A DNA stretch of 38,288 nucleotides, taken from Jimgerdemannia flammicorona. Its lineage: Eukaryota. Of this stretch, positions 22,782 to 34,673 are shown one piece after another. Position 1 is the stretch's first letter. The number at the start of each line of letters is the position of its first letter. The position numbers and the translations under genes are program-made. The notes under the pieces are model-generated. The model was not told the origin of the DNA, made no database searches, and saw only the letters and a program-made list of their open reading frames with translations. The stretch covers positions 1-38,288 of the forward strand of contig RBNJ01000163.1 in NCBI GenBank assembly GCA_003990765.1, in the 5' to 3' direction.

Positions 22782-24235
22782 CTCTCTCTGATAATATTCA
22801 GATTATACAACCTTTTGGCAATACTTATGATATAGTTTTTTGGAGAAAAATACTAGTAGCATAGTGACTGACAAGCATTCTGAGGTACATACTGAGTAGG
22901 GTAGCTCTGGGACATTTGACTGGCAGTATGTAGGGAGGGGCCCCAGCTTATGGAGAAGCATGAGAGGCTTATTGGTAGAAGGATATAGTAGGAAAGGAGG
23001 TAGTGCTGGTAGACAGAAAACTGGGAGGACTAGTTTCATAGATAAGGTGAAGAGAGATTAGTAGAGAGCTGGGCTAAAGAGTTGACTGAGGAGAGACAAG
23101 GAGATCATGAAGACTGTAGGGCAACAGCTTCAAGAGAGAGTTCTTCTGGAAGGTCAGAACAGTGGGGCTGATAGTGTAGTAGCTGAGAGAGTGACTGCTG
23201 ATAGGAGTATAATAGGCAATCTGGAAAAAAATCTAGTTAGGACTGCTGATAGTAGACTGAGCTATGAGAAAAGCATGAGGCCTAGTGATCTAACTGATGA
23301 TATAATAGGCCTAGTGGTGGCACTATTACTCAAGAAGTCAATCTTAGAGTTCACAGTCATACTGTACTTCTGAGGCTTAGTAGTAATAGCAAAAATGGTC
23401 TTGGAATTAATTATAAAGCAGATGGATGGAGTAGTATTAGTGAAGTTCCTGAGGGGCTTAAAAGGGATGAAGGTGGGCTTTGAGGAGACTGAGCAGCCTT
23501 TGAAAGCTGCACTACAGGCAGAGTTGACTATTGGGAAAATATGTATTCCAATGGTATGATACTTGAGGTGGGACCCCAGGGTAGTACAACTTCTGATAAA
23601 AGAAGTATCCATAATGATAGCTATAGAGATGAGGAGAAAAGTAGAAGAGGTCATGGTAGAGTATAAAGAGGTAGTTGATATTGGCTTTTGTATCTGGGAA
23701 GGGATCTCATTCAGAACAGGAGATATTGATGTTCAGCTTTAGCTGGCAGGGAAGGAGGCTACTGAGAAGATTCATAATTGGCCATTAGTAATAATGTAGA
23801 GGACCTTTGTATATAAGGTAATAAGGGTGAAGGAGAGTGAGGAGGAGGAGGAGAATTTGTTAAAGATATTAGAGGAAATGAATGGAGCAGTAGAGCAGAG
23901 AACAAAGGTTTGGAAGAAGTATATAGAGTTGATATATTTGGAGATTATAGATAGGAAGTATGTCTATATTGACAAGAGACTGTGGGAGCAGTCTCAAGGA
24001 TACAAGAGGCAGAGGAAGTTGTTGGTAAGCCTAAAAGAGAGGGCAAAGAAGAATATTAGTAGTGTTAAGGAAAGGGCCTAGATAAGGCTGGGAAAGTGGT
24101 GAGCAATAACTTATATATAGATAGTATGTTTGAAGTCTAGAAGGACACACTCTCTCTTATTAGGCAGGGTCCAGTTATAAGGAGTTGGGTGGCAGAGAAT
24201 GTACCAATCCTTACACTCAACTACATAATATCCTT

Positions 24236-24240
<5 letters not shown>
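22782..24240 (+). mobile_element. LINE copy A (5' end + ORF1 part), heavily hypermutated
   Basis: 5' motif CTCTCTCTGATAATATTCAGATTATACAA. ORF1 DLTDDIIGLVVALLLKKSILEFTVILYF*GL..VKFLRGLKG..WDPRVVQLL..RTGDIDV. Interrupted at 24241. Confidence 0.88.
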
Positions 24241-24319
<79 letters not shown>

Positions 24320-25153
24320 GACTCAAAGTTCTATAGATTTTTATTAAAAGAGAACCTAGACTATATAGACCAAAACCCTCTCCCACTACCTACTAAGTAC
24401 TGCTCCCTCATTAACCTAGGCTAACTATTGTCCAGCAGCTTAACTATACTAGATACAGTAGAACCTATAGTGGCCTGTATCTCATTCTATGTACCATACT
24501 CTTCCTACTACCAGGGAGAATCCAGTTATATGCCAATAACTAAAAGTGTATACTCAAGACCCCAATATATGTACAAGACCACACTCAAGCTGAATAGAAT
24601 AGCCCCTACTACCCCAAAGAGAATGATAGGTAAAGAAAAACTCTTATCAAAGTATATAATAGTGAATAGGGCCAGGTTCTCCCAGTTAAGGTGAGTAAAG
24701 AACTTATATGTGAGATGGGAGAAGACCCTAATACCCCACTACTCAAACCTGTAGGCCTTAATTATATTGCTGTGTCTGCTTTTGATTTCAGTTAAGTATA
24801 GCCAAGATATCTGAAATAGATAGCCTTAGGTCCCCCAACCCTCTCTAATGACTGGGGCCCAATCTACCAAATTGTCAAAAGAAGCTGAGAGTGACACCTA
24901 CCACCTAACTGCTTCACACCAATCAAAAGGCCCCACTGAAGCAGCACCTGCCTCAGCTCTGATGATCACCCCCAGCCTGGCATCCTACTGGTTTACCATA
25001 ATTATCCTTTCTCTTATCTGTAATAGCCATCTCCTCTCCCATCTCAACAATACCTAAAAAACAGTCACCTACACCAGAACTGCACTTGCTGGGAAGCTTG
25101 CCAAAGTCAGAGGGCCCCACTATAGGCACTAAGGACCTGCAGGTAACCTATAC
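24241..25153 (-). mobile_element. Non-autonomous retroposon copy 2 (3' ~0.9 kb; rest displaced by the next insertion)
   Basis: 75-nt T run 24241-24315, then collinear with 20404-21243 up to CTGCAGGTAACCTA; more C>T/G>A mutated than copy 1. Confidence 0.88.
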
Positions 25154-27975
25154 CAATTCAACTAAACTGGTCTTAGTTTTTTGAACTTCCTGAAATATAG
25201 AAAATTCTGAATATTCAGAATAAGTCTGAAAAAGAGACTTTGGTTGAGATATCAACCTAATCTTGAAATCAATAAGCATAGAGAATATACTCTATATAAA
25301 ATTGATCTTGACCTAAAGAAAACAGTTTTCTAAAATATTTAGAACTTTCAGAAAATCCTTCCAGAACTATATAATAACACTCTAATAAAGTAACTCTCTT
25401 ATAACTTAGTAGTAGTGAGTTACAATCCAATTCTACTTCAAGATGCTTTCTTATTCTACTATAAATCTTTACAAGAAATTCCTATAAGTTAGTATAAAGC
25501 CCAACCTCTAAACTGAAATTTATTCTAAACTATCTGACAATTTGAAGTGAATTAAACCTGATGTATAAGGATAATTTGACCTCTATACCTATAATAAGTA
25601 GGACAGACTTTATCTACAAAATGAAGTACTCTAATTAAATCAGCAGATAGATAAAACTCTATATACTAAACTTTTTGCTCTATACCCTACAAATCAAGAC
25701 AAAGAAGGTCTTATAGAAGTCTTCTTTACTCTTCTCAATAAGAGTTTTATTAGCTCTATAAATCTGAGCAATCTAGAACAACTAGTAGCTATTTTTCTAG
25801 CCTTAGTTTCTTATGAAATATAAGCCTCTGTAGTCAAGTGGCTCAACTTTACCAACTATCACCATATCAGGATCAAGACTGCCTTATAGTACTATTTCCA
25901 AAATTGCAAGATCTGCTATATTCTTAAAGAAGAAGTTAGGGAAACTCTTTATCAACAATCTGACTCTGAGTCAGCACTGAACTGAAACCAGCTTTTGAAT
26001 TAAGCTTATCTGAAATCTAATACATAACTAATATATATTATCTACTTTAATATCAAATAAACCTAACTATACAGAGACCAAAATAAAGAGGAGGAGGAGT
26101 ATCTTACTAAATTCAATCCTAGATATACATACTACTAAAAAGACATACTTTCCTCAGGACAAAACACACCTATAGAACAATAGACAGTTATCTATCAACT
26201 CTTATACCAGACTCATAACAGTTACTTCAGTAACTTATATAGACTCAAAGAACACGATTATACTCTGCACTACTATCTCAAGTCATACTAGTAACTCTAC
26301 TATCAGTAGTCCAACCATCTCTAGTAAATAATATAGCAAACTAACAGATTCTAGACCTTACAGCCTAGATAGCTATAATGGTAGCAACTATTACTATCTT
26401 AGCCAAACAGACCTAACCAATAAAAAGTCTGAGTCTATCTATCTTTAATAGTACTATACAAGAAGTCCAAAGCTTCATTAATATAGTTAATACTAATTTT
26501 GAAGTCAACCAATAGACTAATAAGTGAGTTGCTGACTGCCTTCTGATAAATAACCAAGACCATATCATCAAATAACTTTTTGCTACTATTATAGCCTATA
26601 TCTATTAAGTTGTTACATTCTTCTAAGGACCTGCTGAAGAATAGTAGCAAACTCTTTCTGAAAAACCCCTCATATAAGATACTCAATCTGTAGTTATTGC
26701 CCAAAATACAGTAAATAATACTCCAGGATATGGAGACCACTCTGTAGCACCTGGGCTCAAATAACTCATAATTGCTCAATATTGCAGTAAAACTCTGATT
26801 GCTGAATTCTGAGCAAAACTCTGTAGCCTCAAATTTGATTTATATAGTAAAGAGAAGTTTGAAACCTTCTATATAAAACTCAAGTCACTTCTGAATACTA
26901 TTGATCTAGAATATATTATTAATAATAAAGTATGAAATAGTACAAGAGTAGACTATTTATTTGATATACTATCAGAATAGCTCACAAAAAAGATCTGAGA
27001 ACAAGAATGCTCAGTTAGCTATAACTATCAATAATAGTATCTGATAAGAATCAAGATCATGGTTAAGTGAATTTTAATAGCTAGATCAATTCTGCCTCAA
27101 AGACAATTCAACAACAAGGAAGAATCTTAGATCAAGAAAGAAGAACCCAAGCATGAAGTATCCTAAGCTCTCTTTATATCTATCTCTAGAATATTCTGAA
27201 ATTCTGAACCTACTCAGCTAAGTATCTTTAAGAAACTTATTAAAGGAGAAAGAAATGAACTCCAAAGAAGTAGTATATACTTTTATTGCTAAAAGATAGA
27301 ATATATAGCTAGTATCTGCTCTAACTAAAAACTCTAAACAGTAATATAAGCAACTGTTACTACTCTGTATCATCTCAATAATCTGACTACCAAGATACTA
27401 GACTTTGTCAAGTTAAGGCTAACTGCTATGGCTCTAACCAAAGAAAGCCAAAAAGCAGTTAGATATGATCTATATGTAGCTAAAGAAGCTATGGTTTCCA
27501 ACCAGGAAGTCAAGTAAGTCTATATAAGGATCAGCATCCAAATTCCTGAAAGATATATTAGAAGAATATGCTGTTGCAGCAGCCTAGTATTAAAAAAACT
27601 CTTAGTAGAAGGAGGAATCATTGATAAAGATTATATAGGCAAAATCATTATCCTTATCTGAAACTATAGTTGGATATCATTTAAGATCTCTATTAGATTT
27701 TGTATTGTATAGATCTTATTTGAGAAAATTGAGTCAACCCTGATAGTCAAGGAAGTCTCTGAACTATTGCCTACTATCTGAGGATTCAAAGAATTTAGCT
27801 TATCAAAAAAATCCTCAGCACAACCTACTATAAATAAAGAAGAGCAATTCTATAAGAAAATTGAAGATAGATTTGTACCAAGTGGTCAATATCTCTATAG
27901 TATTGAAATATACTCTTTCTGAATAATTGATAATTACTACTCTTATATCAATGAACTGATCCAAAGAGTGGGTAC
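25154..27975 (+). mobile_element. LTR retrotransposon relic 3 (LTR-like, putative PBS, long 5' ORF, gag with CCHC knuckle, dUTPase)
   Basis: TATATAA..AATAAAG then TAGTAGTAGTGAG at ~25407 (reverts to a TGGTAGCAG iMet-type PBS). Gag words VVTFF*GPAEE**QTL (=AEEWW). Knuckle YFYC*KIEYIASICS at 27278-27322 reverts to CFYCxKxGHxAxxCP. Cut by a LINE at 27976. Confidence 0.8.
27401..27805 (+). pseudogene. dut: Trimeric dUTPase domain of the LTR retrotransposon (hypermutated)
   Basis: Reads FVKL..AVRYDLY..IQIPERYIRRICCCSSLVLKK.LVEGGIIDKDYIGKIIILI*N..FCIV*ILFEKI..TI*GFKEFSLS. Transitions revert this to the five dUTPase motifs AGYDL, GRIxxRSG, GGxIDxDYxGEI, RIAQ, RGxxGFGSS. Same frame as the upstream zinc knuckle. 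Confidence 0.92.
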
Positions 27976-29449
27976 CTTTCTTTGGTATAATTCATATTAC
28001 ACAAACTTCTGGTAACACTTTTTGTAATAATTTAGAGAAAAGATACTATCAATATGTCTTCAAGCAAGAGTTCTGATGGGCATACTGAATTAGGTGGATC
28101 TGGGGCATTCAGTTAGCAATATGTGGAGAGAGGTTATGATCTGAAGATGGACTCCTTTAGAGACACATAGGATGAGAAGAGCTCTGGAGAGTACCTGGTA
28201 TCTAGTGAAAATAGGGAAGAATCTGGATTTCCAAGTTTTACTAATAACATGAAGGAGAGTGGATGGCCAGCAGGTGCTTGAGCTGGCAGAGCTGAGAGAA
28301 AAGACAAGACTAGCTTGGGGAGAGCAGAAGGCCCTTTGCTGAGGAGAGTAAGTATAGGAGCAGGAGAGGTTGTGGCTGGGGGCAGTGTGATGGAAGTGTG
28401 ATATAGAATTGAGAAAAAAGTGATAACTGATAGTAGTGCTATGCAGGGGGACAGACAGAGGCAGAGAGACCTAGCTGATAATATAATAGACCTGGTGGTG
28501 ACCCCATTACTCAAGAAGTCAATCTTAGAGTTCACTATCACATTGTACTTCCAGAGCTTAGCAGTGATGGCAAGGATGGTTCTGGGGCTGATCTCAAAGT
28601 AGATGGCTGAAACAGCCTCAGTGAAGTTTCTGAAGGAGCTTGAGGGGGTGGAGGTGGACTTTGAGAAGACTGCTCTCTTAGAGAAGATAATTAAGGCAGA
28701 ACTGACTATAGGAGAGATTGTAGTTCCAATAGCTTACAATCTGAGATGAGACCCCAGAGTGATCCAGTTATTGGTGAAAGGAGTATCCATGGTAATGATA
28801 GTTGAGACAAGAAAGAGAGTAGAGGAGGTTATAGTGAAGTATGGTGAGATGGTTGATATCAGCTTCCAGGTCTGAGAGAGAACTTTATTCAGGATAGAAG
28901 ATATGGATATCAGGCTCTGATTGGCTGGAAGAGAGGCTATGGAGAAGCTAAGAGACTGGCTCTCAGTGCTATTGTAGGGGGCATTTATCTGTAAGATAAC
29001 AAGAGTGAAAGAGAGTGTAGAGGAGGAGGAGTATCTGGTGGAGGTACTGAAGGAGCTCAGTAGAGTAGTAGAGCAGTAGGCTAAGATATGGTAGGTATAT
29101 ATAGACTTGACACATTTGGAAGTGATGGATGAGAAGCATATCCAGGTAGATAAGGAGTAGTAGGAGAGAGCACAGAAGTATAAGTAGCAGAGAGAGTTGC
29201 TGACTAGTTTGAAGGAGAAGATGAAGGAGAAGGTAGTGCCTAGCTCTAATGATGCTATAGAGAGTGCTCAGAAGAGTGTCTGGGCAGATGTTAAGGTAGA
29301 GAGGAGTACAAAGACTATAGGGGAGAGCCAGGAGACAAGGGACCAGGCTCTCTACAATGATAATATACTGGAGATATGGGAGGAGAGTAAGGATTTGAGA
29401 GGGAGGTCTAGAGTTATATGGCCAAGAGCTAGAGAGGATGTGGAGACAC
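27976..29449 (+). mobile_element. LINE copy B (5' end + ORF1 part), heavily hypermutated
   Basis: 5' motif CTTTCTTTGGTATAATTCATATTACACAA. ORF1 DLADNIIDLVVTPLLKKSILEFTITLYF..SVKFLKELEGVEVDFE. Interrupted by copy C. Confidence 0.88.
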
Positions 29450-32400
29450 CTTTCTCCAGTAACATTCAGGTTACACAATCTTTGGCAAAACTTTCAACAC
29501 AGTTTCTGGAGAAAAGCTACTAGTATTATGGCGACCAATGAGCATCCGGAGGTACGTACTGGGCAGGGTGGCCCTGGAGCATTTGAATGGCAGCAAGTGG
29601 GGAGAGGCTCCGGCTTGGGGGGAAGTATGAGGGGCCTGCTGGTGGGAGGCTGTGGTGGAGGAGGGGGTGGGGCTGGAGGTCAAGGGTCTGGCAGGGTGAG
29701 CTTTGCAGAGAAGATGAAGGGGGGTCAGCAAGGGGCTGAACTGGAGAGCTGGCTGTGAGAGGGGAAGGTATTGGTGAAGGCTACTAGGCAGTAACCTCTT
29801 GGGGGTACCTCTCTGGAGGGCCATAGGGGGGGAGTTGGGGGGGTAGTAGCTGGGGTGGAGACTGCTGATAGGGTGTGATGGGCGATCTGGAAAAAAATCT
29901 AGATAGGACTGCTGATGGTGAGCTGAGTAGTGGGAAGGGCACGAGGCCCAGGGACCTGGCAGATGGTGTAACGGGACTGGCGGTGGCTCCGTTACTCAAG
30001 AAGTTGATCTCGGTGTTTGCAGTCATGCTGTGTTTCTGGGGCTTAGCGGTGATGGTGAAAATGGTGTTGGGGCTTATCGCTAAGCAGGTGGCTAGAGCGG
30101 CTTCAGTGAAGTTCCTGAAGGGACTGGAGGGGGTGGAGGTGGGTTTTGAGGAGGTTGAACTGCTGGAGGAGGCACTGAGGGTTGGATTGGTAGTTGGGGA
30201 GGTGTGTGTTCCGATGGCGAGGTGTTTGAAATGGGATCCGAGGGTGGTCCAACTGCTGGTGAAAGGAGTCTCCATAGTGATGGCGATGGAGATGAGGAAG
30301 AGAGTAGAGGATATCATGGCGGAGTATGGCGAGATGGTGGATATCAGATTCAGGGTCTGGGAAGGGACCACGATCAGGACTGGAGACGTGGATGTGAGGA
30401 TTCAGCTGGCCGGAAAAGAGGCTACTGGGAAGACGAGGGACTGGCCTTCAGCAATGGTTTGGAGTGCATTCCTGTGCAAGGTGATGTGGGTGAAAGGAAG
30501 TGAAGAAGAGGAGGAGGATTTATTGGAAGCACTGGAGGAGCTGGATGGGGCTGTGGAATGGTGTACCAAGGCCTGGAAGGCTTTCGAGGAGGTGATGCAT
30601 CTGGAGGTAGTGGATGGGAAGAGGATTTGAGTAGACAAGGTGTAGTGGGAAAGGGCTCAGGGGTGGAAGAGGCAGAAGGATCTGCTGGCTAAACTGGGGG
30701 GTGGACCACAGAAGGATGCGAGCATGAAGATGGGTGCAGAAGGGGCTGGAGCGAGTGTCAGGAGTGGGAATGATGGGGCAAAGACTGGGAAGGCAAAAGA
30801 GGTGATGATTAGCAACCCATATGTGGATGGCACCTTGGAGGTTTGGGAGGAAGTCTGGGAGAACTCCCCCACCCCTTCCCCTCTTATCAGGCATGGCCCA
30901 GCTTCCAGGAACAAATCTGGAGAGGACATGATGATGCTGGGGACCCAGCAGGTGAAATTCAGCATTCCGGAGATAATGGATGGGGACCAGATAGTAGCGG
31001 CTGGGGAGGAGGAACTGGTGGATATCTCAGAGGTGTGGGATGAGAACGTGAGTGCTGGAGCTGACACTACAATGCTGGACAGAGGGAGGCCGGCAACCCC
31101 TGGTGGGAAGGAGGTGGGGAACCTACTTTGGATGTGCTGGATGATGAACAACCTGGTGGCAGAGGAGCTGGGGGAGATGGACTTGTGTGGGATGGGTGAT
31201 GAGCACTGGGTGAGAATTTTGCAAGGGGAAGAAGTGGCAATGGCACTGAAGGCAGAAATTCTCACAGTATATCTGGAGGAGGAAGGGTATGAGGTGGATA
31301 AGGAGAGGGAGGCAGAGTTGGTAGTTGTCGCTGGGGAGAAGGCTGAGTACTGTTGGAACAGGCATCATGAGTTGCAGCTTTGGCAGGAGGCTTGCATTGA
31401 GTACAGAGAGGAGTTTGAGGAGAAGGCTGATGAGGAGATGAATGAGCTGTTGGCTGGACTGGAGGTTCAGAGGGCTGAAGAGGAGGAGGTGATGACTGAA
31501 CATAATCTGGACATGGCACAGGAGGAGATGGGCATGAAGCAGTAGGGATTGATTGCAAACAAACCATATTTCATTATGAACAGTATAACCAACATTTTTT
31601 CTTTGAACGTGAATTGGCTAAGGGGCACAGTTAGACACAGGAACATTTTTATTTGGTTGAAGGGATTAGAGGCCGATCTCTTCCTCTTGCAGGATATCAG
31701 GTGCAAGGATGATTCTAATAGAATGGAATGGACTAAGGAATGGGGTGGCATGGTGATTTGGAATAGTAAGGTCAGGATTCTGGTTCGGAAAGGCAGAGGG
31801 GAGATACAGAATGTGAGGAGCTGGGGGGAGAGGCTGGTCTGGGGTAAGTGGATTTGTGTAGGTTGGAAGCCAGTTATAGTTGGCTCCTATTACTGCCCTG
31901 CTGTGCAGGGGAAGTGTGTGGATTGGGTGAAAGGGCTCCTAGAGAGTGTGATCCTTGCTGAAGCTGGGTTGGATATACTTGGAGGAGATTTCAATATGGT
32001 TCAGGATGTACGGCTGGATAGAACTGATGGAGGACGGGGTGCTGAGAGCAGGAGTGGGGGGCTGGTAATGTAGGAGGAGGTTGAAAGGCTAGGAGTGCTG
32101 GTGGATGCTGGTAAGGAGTACTGGGGGGACAGGAGGGTATATACACATTGGGCTGGAGGTCTGGGGACAAGAATTGACTGGATTCTGATGGCTGATTGTT
32201 GGGGCCGCGATGTTTGGAAGGTGCTAGAGGTAGAATGGTGTCCATGGTCAGATCACTGGGGCCTTTTGGGACAGGGGTGTTTTGGGGGAAGTGGTGATAG
32301 GCCTGGACATTGGTGCCTGAATTCCTCCTTGTTGGATGATGAGTCCTGGTGGGAGGAGTGGGCAAAAGACATTCAGATGAAGGTGGCAAATTGGCAGCAG

Positions 32401-32646
32401 GAAGGGGCCACAATTGGGGTTCGGTGGAGGAGGATGAAAGAGATAGCCAGGATATATTGGAGCGAGGCTGGCAGAGTGGCTGGGAGACAGTGAAGGCAGA
32501 GAGTGCATTGGGCTTCTACTAGATTGGCTAGGCTTCTGGAGGAGTGGGTGAGTCTGGCAGTAGTGGAGAGAGAAGAGAATTGGAGAATAACAAGGGTGAA
32601 GATGGAGGTTGGGGAACTACAACAGATGCTGCAGGAAGTGCGGACT
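29450..32646 (+). mobile_element. LINE copy C: ORF1 (29527-31545) and ORF2 endonuclease (from 31576), interrupted by copy D
   Basis: 5' motif CTTTCTCCAGTAACATTCAGGTTACACAA. ORF1 MATNEHPEV..RRM-like VQLLVKGVS..YGEMVDI..RTGD with a few stops. APE endonuclease SLNVN, DLFLLQD, GGDFN, TRIDW, WSDH. Confidence 0.92.
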
Positions 32647-32725
32647 CTTTCACCAGTAACATTTGGGTGACACAAGACTCAGACAACACTTTTTACAATG
32701 TTTTTGGTGTCTGACGACTAACAAC

Positions 32726-34642
32726 ATAGACGGCAACGATCGATCTGGTGAGCATACTGGCCAGGGGGGTGATGGCGCCTTTGGCTGGCAGCAGGTGGGG
32801 AGGAGGGGGGATGGTTTGGGGATGCCAGGGGCCTCGATGGCTGCCCGTGGCCCCAGCAGCAGAGGAAGGGGCAGTCTGTGGCAGAGAGGAGGGGAGAGGA
32901 TGACCTTTGCTGACAAGGTCAGGATGGGGAAGATGGCTTCTGGGCTGGATGGTTGGCTGGGCCTGGGGAAGGCGTCGATGACTACTGCTGGGGGTCAGAG
33001 TGGTGCATCCCAGGGTACTTCTGGTGGTAGGGAAGGGGCCGGAGTAGGGGCTGGAGATGTGACTGTTGATGGGGCTGTGACTGGGGATCTGGCAAAAAAT
33101 CCAGATGTGACAGCAATTGGCAATTCAGGACTTGGAGGGGGCACAAGGCCTGGGGACCTGGCGGATGGGGTGATGGGCATAGTGTTAGCCCCATTACTCA
33201 AGAAGTCGAGGTCTGAATTCGCGGTCACAATGTGCTTCTGGGGCTTGGCAGTGACAGTGAGGATAATTTTGGGGCTGGTGGCGCAGGAGGCTAAGGGAGT
33301 AGCATCGGTGAAGTTCTTGAGAGGAAAGGAAGGAGTCGAGGTGGGGTTTGAGGAGGAAGACGCCTTGTTGGCAGCCATGGAGAAGGGGGTGATGGTCGGC
33401 GAGGTGGTGGTCCCTATGGCCCAGTGTATACGCTGGGACCCCCGGGTAGTGCAGTTGATGGTGTTGGACCTTCCCATAGTGTCGAAGGAAAGGACCAGGG
33501 AGTTGGTTGTGGAGGCAATCAAGGAGTATGGCGAGATTGTGGATGTTGGGTTCAAGGTCTGGGAGGGCACAGAGCTTAGAACTGGAGATGTAGATATCAG
33601 GGTGAGACTGGCTGGTAAGGAGAATACGGGGAAGTCGAGAGACTGACTGGCGGTGCTGAGGTGGGGACCAGTGGAGTGTAAGGTCACTAGGGTGAAGGGG
33701 ACTCAGGAGGAGGAGGAGGACCTGTTGGAGGCTCTAGAGGACCTGGAAGGGGCAGTTGCGAGGAGGAGATTAGCCTGGAGGGAGTTTGAGGCCAGGACGG
33801 TAGTGGGGGAGGTGGATGGGAAGAGGGTTCAGATGGAAAAGGGGGCCTGGGAGAAGATGCAGGGGAGGAGGATCCAGAAGGAGTTGTTGGCGAAGATGGG
33901 TGGGGGTAGAGCTGGTGGAAGCTCTGGGGAGGGGGCCGCAGGGTTGCAGGAGAGCGCCTGGGCTGAAGGGGGTGAGATGGCCCAGGGCAGGGCTCAGATT
34001 GGAGTCGGGGAGGAGAGGGAGGATAACTTGGAGGTGGATGCTGAAATGGGTGAAGGTGGATGCCCTCAGTATAGTGTTCCGAATGGGGCAGGAGGTGAGG
34101 AGGAGCTGATGGATGTGCTGGATGAAGAGTGGGATGAGTTGGTGAGGAGGAGTGCACTGGTGGACCCTGAGATGGATGGGGGACAAATTGCTCAGGGGGC
34201 GGTGGAGGCGGTAGATGAGGAGAAGTGGATGTGGAAGACTCTGGAAGGGGTAGCGGCTGAGGAGCTAGGGGGTGAGGACTTCAGAGTGATGGAGGAGAGG
34301 CATTGGGAAGAGATTCTGCATGGGGAAGAGGTGCCAAGAAAGATGAGGAATGAGATCCTGGCTGTCCTCCTGGAGTCTGTTGAGTATCAGGTTGATGATC
34401 AGCGAGAGGAAGAGCTTAGAAGGATTGCGAGCGATAGGGCACTTGTCTTGTGGAACTCGAGGAAGGGACTGGAGAAGTGGCGCGCAGTCTGCTTGGACTA
34501 TAGAGTGGATATGGAGGAGGTGGACAGGGTGGAGTGTCAGGAAATCTTGGGGGCACTGGATGCTCGGGATATTGCGGAAGGTGAATTGGAAGCTGAGTGG
34601 CTCTTGGACTTGGCGAGAGATGAGATGAGCATGGAATTATAG
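32726..34642 (+). pseudogene. LINE ORF1 (Gly-rich N-terminus, RRM-like core, acidic C-terminus), one internal stop at 33644
   Basis: ORF track 32663-33646 and 33653-34642 are one frame separated by TGA (W in copy C). Start inferred (ATA probably from ATG). Confidence 0.8.
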
Positions 34643-34673
34643 ATTGGGGTCTCTTCTACAATATCTACTCAAT

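Noticed and set aside
29450..29530. Self-cleaving (HDV-like) ribozyme at the LINE 5' end
   Set aside because: Only a 5-bp stem is visible and it is mismatched in copy D; I could not build the nested pseudoknot by eye.
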